Source: a virus
Lineage: Duplodnaviria; Heunggongvirae; Uroviricota; Caudoviricetes
IMG/VR virus record: IMGVR_UViG_2724679140_000013
Reading direction: 5' to 3' (one strand)
Length of the DNA: 37,432 nucleotides
The position numbers and the translations under genes are program-made. This document shows, piece by piece, positions 23,194 to 32,479 of the stretch. Under the pieces are notes generated by a model that did not search any database, was not told the origin of the DNA, and was given only the letters and a program-made list of their open reading frames with translations. The number at the start of each line of letters is the position of its first letter. Positions within the stretch are counted from its first letter, which is position 1.

Positions 23194-24090
23194 ATGCCTG
23201 CCGTTGACCTTTCCCAGTTACCGGAACCCGCCATCATAGCGGAGCCTGACTTTGAGGCAATTCTGGCTGACACAAAGGCCATGATGATTGCGTCCTATCC
23301 TGCCGAACAGCGTGAAGCCGTCTCCGCCGCGCTGGAGCTGGAATCGGAACCCCTGAACGTTATCGCTCAAACCATGTCTTTTCGTGAAATGCTGTTACGC
23401 CAGCGGGTTAACGAGGGGGCACGCGCCTGCATGTTAAGCCACAGCGCCGGAACAGACCTGGACAACCTCGCGGGCAATATGAACACAAAGCGCCTGGTTA
23501 TCACTCCGGCAACGGATACCACCGACGCGGTGATGGAGAGCGACACCTCGCTGAGACTGCGGGCGCAGCGGGCGTACGACGGCCTGAGTGTTGCTGGCCC
23601 GTCAGGTGCATACGAGTATTTTGCCCGCAGCGCCAGCGGTCTGGTGCGTGATGCGCGGGCCATCAGTCCGTCTCCGGCCTGTGTGACGGTTTCCATCCTG
23701 TCCACTGAAGGCGACGGCACAGCAACGGAGGCGTTGCTTAATACCGTTCGCGCCGTTCTGAATGCAGAGGATACCCGCCCGGTGGCCGACCGCCTGACCG
23801 TACAGAGCGCCAGAATCGTGACATGGCGGCTGAATGCAAAACTGTACTTTTACCCCGGTCCGGAATCCGAACCTATTCTGGCGGCGGCTGAATCGTCGTT
23901 CAGGAAGTGGCTGGCTGAGCAGGGGCTTATCGGTCAGGACGTGGCGTTGTCCGCCATTGCTGCCGCACTGCATGTGCACGGTGTGCAACGCGTGGAGATA
24001 ATCGAACCCACACAGAATATGGCCATCAGCGACATACAGGCGGCGCGCTGTGAGTCATTCACCATCAGCGAAGGTGGGCGTAATGAGTAA
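23194..24090 (+). CDS. J: Baseplate wedge protein (P2 gpJ)
   Basis: 298 aa; position and size as P2 J. Confidence 0.85.
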   Translation: MPAVDLSQLPEPAIIAEPDFEAILADTKAMMIASYPAEQREAVSAALELESEPLNVIAQTMSFREMLLRQRVNEGARACMLSHSAGTDLDNLAGNMNTKRLVITPATDTTDAVMESDTSLRLRAQRAYDGLSVAGPSGAYEYFARSASGLVRDARAISPSPACVTVSILSTEGDGTATEALLNTVRAVLNAEDTRPVADRLTVQSARIVTWRLNAKLYFYPGPESEPILAAAESSFRKWLAEQGLIGQDVALSAIAAALHVHGVQRVEIIEPTQNMAISDIQAARCESFTISEGGRNE

Positions 24091-24691
24091 TTCACTGTTA
24101 CCGCCATCAGCCAGCAGTTTCATGCGTTGCGCCGAAGCTGTCGGAGCGCGCATTACAGACATCCCGGTAGACCTCAACACGCTGTGGTCACCGGACACCT
24201 GCCCGGTGCATCTGCTGCCTTATCTCGCCTGGGCATTTTCCGTTGACCGCTGGGATCGCAACTGGCCGGAAGAGACAAAGCGACAGGTGATTCGTGATGC
24301 ATGGCTGATACACCGACACAAAGGGACCATCAGCGCACTGCGAAGAGCCGTGGAGCCTCTCGGCTACCTGATTGAAGTAAAGGAGTGGTGGCAACTCAAC
24401 GAGGAGCCGGGAACATTTCGCATTGTTGTCGGAGTACTTGATCAGGGCATCACCGATGAAATGTATCAGGAACTTGAGCGCCTTATTGCGGATGCAAAAC
24501 CAGTAAGTCGCCATCTGACGGGGCTGGCGATCAGCCTGAGTGTGAACGGAAAGATTTTCGTTGGTACGGGATGCTATCACGGCGATGCCCTGACGGTTTA
24601 TCCCTACACCCCGGAGTCCATTATTGTCGAAGGGGATTATTTCCCTGCCCCGGCCATTCATTTAATTGATAATCTGAGAGTAAACCCATGA
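24083..24691 (+). CDS. I: Baseplate/tail-fibre attachment protein (P2 gpI)
   Basis: Start at MSNSLLPPS; LWSPDTCPVHLLPYLAWAFSVDRWD and LIADAKPVSRHL closely parallel P2 I. Confidence 0.85.
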   Translation: MSNSLLPPSASSFMRCAEAVGARITDIPVDLNTLWSPDTCPVHLLPYLAWAFSVDRWDRNWPEETKRQVIRDAWLIHRHKGTISALRRAVEPLGYLIEVKEWWQLNEEPGTFRIVVGVLDQGITDEMYQELERLIADAKPVSRHLTGLAISLSVNGKIFVGTGCYHGDALTVYPYTPESIIVEGDYFPAPAIHLIDNLRVNP

Positions 24692-26013
24692 CATCAAAAT
24701 ACTATGCCATACTGACCAGCCAGGGCGCAGCAAGGCTGGCAAACGCGACCATGCTCGGCAGCAAGCTGAATCTGACGCAAATGGCCGTGGGTGATGCAAA
24801 CGGCATATTACCAACGCCAGATCCGACACAAACCAGACTGATTAACCAGAAACGCATTGCTCCGCTGAATATGCTGGATATCGACCCCTCTAATCCGGGC
24901 CAGATTATTGCGGAACAAATCATTCCTGAAAATGAAGGAGGTTTCTGGATCCGTGAGATTGGTCTTTACGATGATGAAGGGATCCTTATTGCAGTGGCGA
25001 ACTGCCCGGAAACCTACAAACCACGATTGCAGGAAGGGAGTGGTCGTACACAGACCATCCGAATGCTCCTTATTGTCAGCAATACAGAGTCTGTCACACT
25101 GAAAATTGACCCGTCAGTAGTCCTGGCAACCCGCAAATATGTGGACGACAGGATGTCTGGTGCATCCTTGCAACTGGACAAATTAATAGAGAAACACATC
25201 AATGCAGAGGATCCGCATACCCAATATGCCCACAAAGAATCCCCGGCGTTTAGCGGCACCCCGACTGCACCAACTGCGGATAAAGCGGATAACAGCAATA
25301 AGCTGGCCACGACAAAATTTGTAAAAGGGGCAATCGCTGATCTGCAGTCAAAATTAGATAATAACCAGCCCGTTGACTGCTATACAAAAGCCGAATCAGA
25401 TACCAGGTATCCGGATTCAGGAAGTGTTGCATACCTGACGAAAAGTACAATTCAGCGTTTTCAGGGAAGTATTGAAGTCAGGGATATTTTCAGTATCTAC
25501 ACATTAAATGATGTAAACGGTCTCAGGCTCGAACCGGGACTAAAAAATAACATTGGACTGAAACGCAGAGGAAAATGGACTTATTACAGCTTCCCGGATA
25601 AGGATGGGGAGCTGGCATTAAAATCTGATTTAACTTCGCTTCTGGACGGTCTGGACATATATCCTGTGGGAGCACCACTTCCCTGGCCATTAGCCACACC
25701 GCCATCGGGTTACTTAATCTGTAACGGACAGCGATTTAACCCGTCCACCTACCCCGGGCTGGCTTCTGCCTATCCAGGTGGTGTCCTGCCGGATTTGCGC
25801 GGTGAATTTATTCGTGGCTGGGATAATGGTCGTGGTGTGGATACAGGAAGACGCATCCTCAGTCAGCAATTCGGCAATACCCCAGTTATGGATTATGAAT
25901 ATCCGGTAGGCAGTGGTTTTTCGGTAACGATTCGCACTGTAGGAAATGATGAAGGTGCAAATGAAACGCGTCCGCGAAATATCGCTTTTTTATATATCGT
26001 GAGGGCTAAATAA
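24688..26013 (+). CDS. H: Tail fibre protein (P2 gpH N-terminus plus a tail-collar-type C-terminal receptor-binding domain)
   Basis: GGFWIREIGLYDDEGILIAVANCPETYKP parallels the P2 H N-terminus; C-terminus has the collar pattern LICNGQ...PDLRGEFIRGWD. Confidence 0.85.
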   Translation: MTSKYYAILTSQGAARLANATMLGSKLNLTQMAVGDANGILPTPDPTQTRLINQKRIAPLNMLDIDPSNPGQIIAEQIIPENEGGFWIREIGLYDDEGILIAVANCPETYKPRLQEGSGRTQTIRMLLIVSNTESVTLKIDPSVVLATRKYVDDRMSGASLQLDKLIEKHINAEDPHTQYAHKESPAFSGTPTAPTADKADNSNKLATTKFVKGAIADLQSKLDNNQPVDCYTKAESDTRYPDSGSVAYLTKSTIQRFQGSIEVRDIFSIYTLNDVNGLRLEPGLKNNIGLKRRGKWTYYSFPDKDGELALKSDLTSLLDGLDIYPVGAPLPWPLATPPSGYLICNGQRFNPSTYPGLASAYPGGVLPDLRGEFIRGWDNGRGVDTGRRILSQQFGNTPVMDYEYPVGSGFSVTIRTVGNDEGANETRPRNIAFLYIVRAK

Positions 26014-26633
26014 TGCAAAAATATAACGTCAATATTCAGGAAGGAAAAATTGGTGAGAACGGTCTGGCCAGCGTGGCCGGATGGGTTAAGTGCTACCTTG
26101 CTAATCCTGTAACACGCGAATACATGGGGTCCACCATGGAATATGTCATGTTCGATGTGTCCCTGTCAGAAGGTGCATATCTGGATGAACCTCAGTTACC
26201 AGTAAAAGCCAGTCAGGCGGTTCGACGCACGGAAGATGGAACAGCCTGGGAAATTGTCGACGATTATCGTGGGATGGAAGCCTTTAATACACAAACCAGA
26301 GAGTCCGTAACCATTAATTTTATTGGTCCATTGCCCGAAATATTAACAATGCACAAACCCACAAGCGAATTTGACAGATGGGATGGCCATCGCTGGGTGG
26401 AGGACAAAGAAGCAGCCAGAAAAGCCAGGATTGATGCTGTCAGAAAACACAAAGCAGCGTTATCAGAAGAAGCGGAAACACGCATCGCTCAGCTTGAGCG
26501 AAAAGTTCGTCTGGAACTTGCATCAGATGAAGAAAAAGAACTGCTGAAAGCATGGGAAATCTACACAATAAAACTCGATGATATCAATCCTGAAATAACA
26601 ACGGATATTAAACTGCCGGAGAAGCCAGAATAA
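26013..26633 (+). CDS. G: Tail fibre assembly chaperone (P2 gpG-like)
   Basis: 206 aa; ATGA-type junction with H; position. Confidence 0.75.
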   Translation: MQKYNVNIQEGKIGENGLASVAGWVKCYLANPVTREYMGSTMEYVMFDVSLSEGAYLDEPQLPVKASQAVRRTEDGTAWEIVDDYRGMEAFNTQTRESVTINFIGPLPEILTMHKPTSEFDRWDGHRWVEDKEAARKARIDAVRKHKAALSEEAETRIAQLERKVRLELASDEEKELLKAWEIYTIKLDDINPEITTDIKLPEKPE

Positions 26634-26701
26634 TTAATGTTTCCGGCAATCTATCGGATAACCGGATAAAACCAGCCCCGGCAATTCCGACAGTTTCTTT
26701 T

Positions 26702-26742
26702 TATAAAAACTTACCGCTGTGACCAGACTGGTTATCAGCGGT
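26702..26742 (-). terminator. Intrinsic terminator after gpU (between convergent G and U)
   Basis: ACCGCTG..ACCAG-A-CTGGT..CAGCGGT nested stem; on the minus strand it is followed by AAGTTTTTAT. Confidence 0.6.
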
Positions 26743-26752
26743 TCACTTCATA

Positions 26753-27247
26753 TCAGAACAGTGCTTTAACTGAACTTGTCGTATTATTCAGGGATGCGGT
26801 CACTTTTCCCTTTAGCTCTGACACCATATCGCTGAATGAGGAGGACTGAAGGCGTTCCCGCAGATCTTCGTCGCATCGCTCCAGCGTCAGGGAAAATTCT
26901 ATTTTCTTCGCTTTCCCGTAGCGATCTAACTCAGAACGGGTCGTATTCGTTTCGGTCAGAACATACATGCCATAAATATGTCCGACACCATCAATCAGAG
27001 GCCAGGGTCGCCCTGTATACGCCTGTGTGGTCAGCAGCGACAGTGACACTTCGCCACCTGTAATTTCAGGATAAAGCACGCCGGAAAGAACGATGCGATC
27101 ATCACCTGCACCGATATACTGCCAGCTTGCAGAACGGTTAACGCGTTCATTTTTCACATGCCGCCAGCTTTTGTTTTGCTGCAACTGCTGATGCGGCAAT
27201 GTGCGCAACTCAAAAACAAACATACCGTAAATCATCATCATGACCAT
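26753..27247 (-). CDS. U: Tail protein (P2 gpU)
   Basis: FVFELRTLPHQQLQQNKSWRH...PWPLIDGVGHIYGMYV parallels P2 U; start ambiguous among the MVMMM codons. Confidence 0.8.
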   Translation of the reverse strand: MVMMMIYGMFVFELRTLPHQQLQQNKSWRHVKNERVNRSASWQYIGAGDDRIVLSGVLYPEITGGEVSLSLLTTQAYTGRPWPLIDGVGHIYGMYVLTETNTTRSELDRYGKAKKIEFSLTLERCDEDLRERLQSSSFSDMVSELKGKVTASLNNTTSSVKALF

Positions 27248-27253
27248 GAATCC

Positions 27254-30091
27254 TTAATCTTTATCGTAAAAACGGCCACGTCCGGCACGGTCACGTCGTT
27301 CCATTTCTGTCCTGACCATTTCACCGACCAGTTTCGCCAGTTCGCGGGGATTCTGCGTAACAACGTTATGCAGATGAACATGAATTTCACCACCAAATCC
27401 GGAGGCAACAGGCTCCCGGTTACGGGGAGGAGCAGGAACAGATGCCACTGGCGATCGTATGGCCTCCGCCACCGGGCGGGAGCTGGCAGCAACAACAGGG
27501 ACCAGCGCCGGAGGCAGCGGAGCCGGGACCACGGGTGTGATATTGATTGCGGGGGCAGGCTTACTGACCTGCGCAATCTTCCGCTCCTGCCACTCCCCAC
27601 GAACGGCAAGTGCGCGTGGCAGGTTCTTAAAGACAATATCGCCGGGGCCAATGCGTTTTTTCGTCTCATCAACCAGCTTACCTGTGTTATCAGCAATTTT
27701 GCTGAGTCTGCGTTGCGTACCGGTATTGCTGTCTGTGAGCGGTTTGTTGTCTTTGGGTTTATCGCCTCCGGTGCCATTTTCCGCTGGCTTCGGCGGATTG
27801 ATTTTCGCCAGATCCCCCTGAAGCAAGGCAACCTTATCCTGAAGAATGGCCGCACGCTGTGCGTCTTCGATTTTCTTTCTCGCCCTTTCCGCTTCATCCG
27901 GAAGCACACCGAGCTTTTCAAGTATCCACGCCAGCGTATCCAGCAGCATTTTTGCAGGCGTCAGAACAAGCTGTAGCGCACCACCAAGAACGTTACCAAA
28001 TACCTCGCCAGCACTGGTGCACTTATCCAGTGTTTCCTTGCTGGACTCCATCGGTGACAGCAGCGATTTAAACCAGTTAAACACCTGGCTGATCCCGCTT
28101 CCGATTATGTCAAAAACAGGGCCAAACCGTTCAAAGGTTTCACGCAGCGGAGCCAGCTTTTCCATAATTCCGCTGAACACCCCGGCAAAAAATGCCTTAA
28201 TCGGGTCCCAGTATTTCCAGATGAGAACCGCCGCAGCCACAAGTGCAGCAGCAACCAGACCAACCGGACTGAACAGCGTCCCGAGAGCACCGCCCAGCAA
28301 AGAGACGGAACCCGTCACCATTCCCCATAGTGCAGGCAACACCCTGACAACATTCATGGAACTGGTCAGAAGAGAAAAACCAAGACGCAACGTGGCCAGC
28401 TTCCCGTAAAGCACCCCAACAACCAGCGATAACGAGCCTACGGTTGCTGTCAATGCCAGCAGCGCACCGCCTGCAATCAGCAACTGGCGCGTCAGTACCG
28501 GATGGGCCTGTGCCAGCGCCGTCACCTTTGTGACCACACGCGTGAGCCACTGTGTGACAGAACGCAGCGGCCCATCAATCAGATCACTGATGCGAATACG
28601 CAGCCCTTCCCATGCGCTGCCGAGTGATTTCAGGTCGCCGTCAAGGTTGTCGGCCATAACCTTTGCTGTACGCTCTGCCTCACCGCGCGCAGCTTCAAGC
28701 TCTTTTCTCAGTTTGGGTAAGGAACCGTTACCCGCCGCATCAACGAGCGCCATAAACGATGTGAAAGCCTCTTCTCCGGCAATGTCCTTAAAGAACGATA
28801 CCCGGTCAACTTCCCCGTATTTGCGGGTGGCTTTATAAAGGTCGGCCAGCACATTCTCCATCGGGCGCATTTTGCCGTTCGCGTCAGAGACGGCCACACC
28901 CAGTTCTTTCAAAGCATCAGCGGTTGCCTTTGGCTGTGTTACCAGACGAGCCAGGCTGGCACGCATTGCCGTCCCGGCATCACTCCCCCTGATCCCCATA
29001 TTCGCCAGCACACCCGCCATTGCTGCGGCCTGCTCCAGCGATATTCCCAGCTTGCCCGCCACCGGACCTGCATATTTCATGGTTTCACCCAGTGCGCGAA
29101 GGTCAGTGTTGGTTCGGGTAAACGCTGCGGTGAGTGTGTCACCGACCCGGTCCATCTGGTCAGCAGAAAGGCCGAACTGCGTCAGGATATTTGAGCCAAT
29201 ATCCGCCGTCTCGCCGAGGTCCATACCGCCAGCCGTTGCCATGTTCAGCACGCCGGGAAGCGCAGCCTGAATGGCTTCTGGTGTGAAGCCAGCCATTGCC
29301 AGAAAGCTCTGTCCACTGGCGGCATCGCCTGCGGTGAACTGTGTTTCAGAGCCAAGTTTTAACGCCTGCTCACGCAGCGCCTTAAACTGCGGGCTGTTTT
29401 TGTCGATTCGCGTCAGTGCCTGAACGCGGGACATCTCTTTCCCGAACCCGATGGCAGGCTGTAAAAAACGCCCGGCAGCATAGCCGCCAGCCGCTGCCGC
29501 GCCAATTGCCAGCGCACCACCCGTTTTCAGTTTTCCCGCTGTTTCCTGCGCGCGCGAATACCGCTCACGCGCCCGTGTTACACGCGCAAGCGCCTGCCGT
29601 TCGCGTTCAAGCTGGTTGTTGTATTGTTCGGTGCGTCTGATGGCCTGCTGGATGGTGTTATCGCTACCTGTCAGGGAAATGCCGTGGCGTTTCAGCTCTC
29701 CGCCAAGTTCCCGCATTTTCTGAATTTCCCGTGTGCGCGATTCGTTCAGGCGTTCAAGCCGGGTGCTTAACTGCTGCATCAGCTTTTGTTGTTTTTCGCT
29801 GAGCACTGTCCCCGAGCGTTGTAACTGTTGAAGGGCGTTAAGCTGGCGTCGTGCTTTCACGATGCCCGCATCCGCTTTACTGACAGCGTCACGGGCGCGC
29901 TCAAATGAACGCGCCTGACGCTCAAGATTTTTGATCGCCCCCTGCGTTCGCTGGATGGAGTCACCAAACTGTCCCATCAGACGGCGGGCGCTTTCGACAG
30001 GCCGGGTCAGCCTGTCAACGGCGCTGAAAGCGACCCGGATATCAAGAGTCTTCATTGTCTGCATTCCCGCTGCGAAGTGCCGCCCGCTCAC
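27254..30091 (-). CDS. T: Tail tape measure protein (P2 gpT)
   Basis: 945 aa; coiled-coil N-terminus, central hydrophobic segments; start may instead be ATG 30064 or 30055. Confidence 0.85.
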   Translation of the reverse strand: MSGRHFAAGMQTMKTLDIRVAFSAVDRLTRPVESARRLMGQFGDSIQRTQGAIKNLERQARSFERARDAVSKADAGIVKARRQLNALQQLQRSGTVLSEKQQKLMQQLSTRLERLNESRTREIQKMRELGGELKRHGISLTGSDNTIQQAIRRTEQYNNQLERERQALARVTRARERYSRAQETAGKLKTGGALAIGAAAAGGYAAGRFLQPAIGFGKEMSRVQALTRIDKNSPQFKALREQALKLGSETQFTAGDAASGQSFLAMAGFTPEAIQAALPGVLNMATAGGMDLGETADIGSNILTQFGLSADQMDRVGDTLTAAFTRTNTDLRALGETMKYAGPVAGKLGISLEQAAAMAGVLANMGIRGSDAGTAMRASLARLVTQPKATADALKELGVAVSDANGKMRPMENVLADLYKATRKYGEVDRVSFFKDIAGEEAFTSFMALVDAAGNGSLPKLRKELEAARGEAERTAKVMADNLDGDLKSLGSAWEGLRIRISDLIDGPLRSVTQWLTRVVTKVTALAQAHPVLTRQLLIAGGALLALTATVGSLSLVVGVLYGKLATLRLGFSLLTSSMNVVRVLPALWGMVTGSVSLLGGALGTLFSPVGLVAAALVAAAVLIWKYWDPIKAFFAGVFSGIMEKLAPLRETFERFGPVFDIIGSGISQVFNWFKSLLSPMESSKETLDKCTSAGEVFGNVLGGALQLVLTPAKMLLDTLAWILEKLGVLPDEAERARKKIEDAQRAAILQDKVALLQGDLAKINPPKPAENGTGGDKPKDNKPLTDSNTGTQRRLSKIADNTGKLVDETKKRIGPGDIVFKNLPRALAVRGEWQERKIAQVSKPAPAINITPVVPAPLPPALVPVVAASSRPVAEAIRSPVASVPAPPRNREPVASGFGGEIHVHLHNVVTQNPRELAKLVGEMVRTEMERRDRAGRGRFYDKD

Positions 30092-30571
30092 GCCAGCTAA
30101 CCACTTCGCCGGGCGTCATCATGAAGATTTCGGCGGGCGACCAGTTAAAAATAACGGCAATATCTGCCACAAAGTCTTCTATGTGCTCAAAGCACAAAAC
30201 TGTGATCAGGCTTCCGTCGCCTGTTCGTTCTTCCCGCCAGAGTCCGCACCGCTCAAAAAATTTACGGCAACCACGCATAACTGAATAAAGTCACGGGATG
30301 CCATTTTTTTGATCGTCACTTCATCCAGTCGCGGTGATGTCACGCGTGACAGCAGCGTAAACATGGATTCCGCTTTCAGATTCAGCACATCAGACAGCGA
30401 CAAATCTCGCAGAGATCCAGCCTGCTCAATAGCCCCGGTGATCTCCACAAACGTGATTTTTTCGCCGCCACGCTCAATGGGTTGGGTAAGTTTTACGCCA
30501 CGCTCACTGGTTTCTTTCACAGTATCAGCAACTACCGTGTTTTCGGTATCGATGTTTTTCGTCTCTTTCAT
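30042..30571 (-). CDS. Tail assembly chaperone E+E' made by a programmed -1 frameshift
   Basis: The -1 frame ORF (30042-30278) continues from heptamer T TTT TTG; the extension ends inside the T start region, as in P2. Confidence 0.7.
30206..30571 (-). CDS. E: Tail assembly chaperone (P2 gpE)
   Basis: 121 aa; parallels P2 E, including ...VAVNFLS at the slip site. Confidence 0.8.
   Translation of the reverse strand: MKETKNIDTENTVVADTVKETSERGVKLTQPIERGGEKITFVEITGAIEQAGSLRDLSLSDVLNLKAESMFTLLSRVTSPRLDEVTIKKMASRDFIQLCVVAVNFLSGADSGGKNEQATEA
30254..30260 (-). promoter_or_regulatory. Slippery heptamer T-TTT-TTG for the E/E' -1 frameshift
   Basis: Minus strand reads AAT TTT TTG in the E frame, the same heptamer as I recall for P2 E/E'. 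Confidence 0.7.
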
Positions 30572-30625
30572 CAGGAAACTCCTTTCAGTCAGAGGCGACG
30601 CACTGCGCCGCCTGCATATTACTTA

Positions 30626-31138
30626 TCAGCCAAGCCCAAGTGCGGAACGGATGCGATCGGGCACAATGTCCTTACCGTCCTTCCGGTAAATGAAGTTCAG
30701 CAGGTCAATCTCCCACAACGGACGATCGTTAACGCTCAGCTTGTAGTAGGTGTTTTTAATGGCGTAAGTGTGCGACGTGGCTTCGCCCTGCTTGGCTTCC
30801 CCCATATCAATTTCCGTCACACGTCCGCGCATTTCGACTTCATACAGGTCGCTTTCTGCATCGGTGTAGTATTCGCCCGCAAAACGCAGCAGCGTGCCGT
30901 CAATCGTGCCGCCATACTTAAGGAACAGCTCACGAACTGCGCCCCCCATGACAAAGCTCGCATCAAGCGCGGAGTCGTCCAGACCGAGATCAATACTTAC
31001 CGCGCCCATCATGCCACCACCCCGGTAGCTGTCGGTTTTGCGCGTCAGTTTAGGCAGGGTGACAGACGTCACCTTACCCACTTCGTTTTCACCATCCACA
31101 AACAGCGTAAAAAAGCGAAGATGTTTTGGTACAGCCAT
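30626..31138 (-). CDS. FII: Tail tube protein (P2 gpFII)
   Basis: VTLPKLTRKTDSYRGGGM...IDLGLDD parallels P2 FII. Confidence 0.9.
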   Translation of the reverse strand: MAVPKHLRFFTLFVDGENEVGKVTSVTLPKLTRKTDSYRGGGMMGAVSIDLGLDDSALDASFVMGGAVRELFLKYGGTIDGTLLRFAGEYYTDAESDLYEVEMRGRVTEIDMGEAKQGEATSHTYAIKNTYYKLSVNDRPLWEIDLLNFIYRKDGKDIVPDRIRSALGLG

Positions 31139-32322
31139 CAGGCACCTCCCAGAACCGCAAATGCGGGTCCAAAGAATTCATCAGTAAACGACTGGTAAAG
31201 TTCCATGTCTTCCAGTGGAGGAGCTGGCGTATATTTGTAGCGAATACGCACCCGCCCCTGACGTAAATCCGTGGTGCCGTTATCCACCACGTCATACCAG
31301 CACGACGCCCCAATCAGTTTCCCGGCAGTAACCAGTGAATCCAGTTTTGCCCTGACGGCACTGATAACATCCTTCACATTCACGGGTGTTAATGGGCTGT
31401 CAATGGTTTCAAACTGCGCTTCCGCAATCGTGTCAGCCAGGACCTGTGCGGTACGGGTATACACCTCAAAGATGTAGGCTTTTGTTTCCGGTGTGCGGTT
31501 GCCCCAGAAGCGGAACCCGTTGCGACGAATAATGGTCGTGATTTCCTGGTTGTTGAGGCTGTTGGCATCACTGCCTTCGGCCTGCAACGACCAGAACACA
31601 TGTCTGGACATTCCCAGCACATTTTTAACCGGAACGTTGGACAGCGATTTGTGCCAGCCCTGCTCATGGTCAATGTACGCACGAAGGCCGCACGCATAGG
31701 CAGGCGCGGGGAACACTTCGTTTTTGCCACTTTTCGGGTTCCAGGCGATGAAGTCCGGCCATAAGAGCATCACCTCACGTTCGTTGAATTTCTGGCGGTA
31801 GGTAATTGCCTCAGCCATCGTGTTACAGCCGTGACATGAGGCATACACAAACGCGCGCAGTTTACCCGCAATCACGCACAGGGATTTTGTTACCGCCTCC
31901 GTGTCCAGCTCCGGCGCGGCCAGAATACGCGGACGGTATCCGATGCTTTCCTCCTGCTCTGCAACAAGCAGCGCATACATCCCCGTATAGCTGCCGTCAG
32001 ATTCAGAACCACCGATAACCAGTTGATCCTGCGTCTTACCGCCCTCTTCTTTGTGTTCAGCCACGCGAACGACGATCACCTTTGTGCTCACCTGGTCTGC
32101 GATAGCCTTAAGCGCACGATAAAGCGTCCCCGTTGTTCCGCATTTTCCCAGCACGTCATTGACGCGGGTCAGCAGTGTGGGCTTGTTCAGCGGGAACAGC
32201 TTCGCGTCCGCATCATCCGCCGTTGCCACGATACCGATAACACTGGAATCAACATCGTTAATCGCTGTTACCAGGTCGGTATTTTCCGTAACACGGGCAC
32301 CATGAAAACGAGTTTCACTCAT
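31138..32322 (-). CDS. FI: Contractile tail sheath protein (P2 gpFI)
   Basis: 394 aa; position upstream of the tube gene; sheath-family size. Confidence 0.9.
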   Translation of the reverse strand: MSETRFHGARVTENTDLVTAINDVDSSVIGIVATADDADAKLFPLNKPTLLTRVNDVLGKCGTTGTLYRALKAIADQVSTKVIVVRVAEHKEEGGKTQDQLVIGGSESDGSYTGMYALLVAEQEESIGYRPRILAAPELDTEAVTKSLCVIAGKLRAFVYASCHGCNTMAEAITYRQKFNEREVMLLWPDFIAWNPKSGKNEVFPAPAYACGLRAYIDHEQGWHKSLSNVPVKNVLGMSRHVFWSLQAEGSDANSLNNQEITTIIRRNGFRFWGNRTPETKAYIFEVYTRTAQVLADTIAEAQFETIDSPLTPVNVKDVISAVRAKLDSLVTAGKLIGASCWYDVVDNGTTDLRQGRVRIRYKYTPAPPLEDMELYQSFTDEFFGPAFAVLGGA

Positions 32323-32479
32323 AGCTTCAGCCCCTTGTATCCGTTAAATGATTAGGCAACAATCATCACCCACCACGCGCGTAATCTCACCCCTGCGCCA
32401 TTCTCCCGCCACGGCGACAACAAAAAGCAGTAACCCCCTCCGCACGCACATGCGACCATGCCGCACAGGGAGGGAACAG

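Noticed and set aside
26634-26752. Invertible tail-fibre (Cin/Hin/Gin-type) switch after G
   Set aside because: No invertase gene, no alternative fibre C-terminal segments and no crossover-site inverted repeats. The interval holds only a terminator.
27158-29640. Multiple plus- and minus-strand ORFs (60-272 aa) inside the tape measure gene
   Set aside because: Alternative-frame or antisense shadows of a long GC-rich gene; the 945-aa tape measure frame explains the region.
32348-32479. Upstream-extended start for gene D (ORF-track start at 32348)
   Set aside because: The extension is Pro/Thr/Arg-rich, lacks an SD and would start 25 nt from the divergent FI start. ATG 32480 has a strong GGGAGGGA SD.
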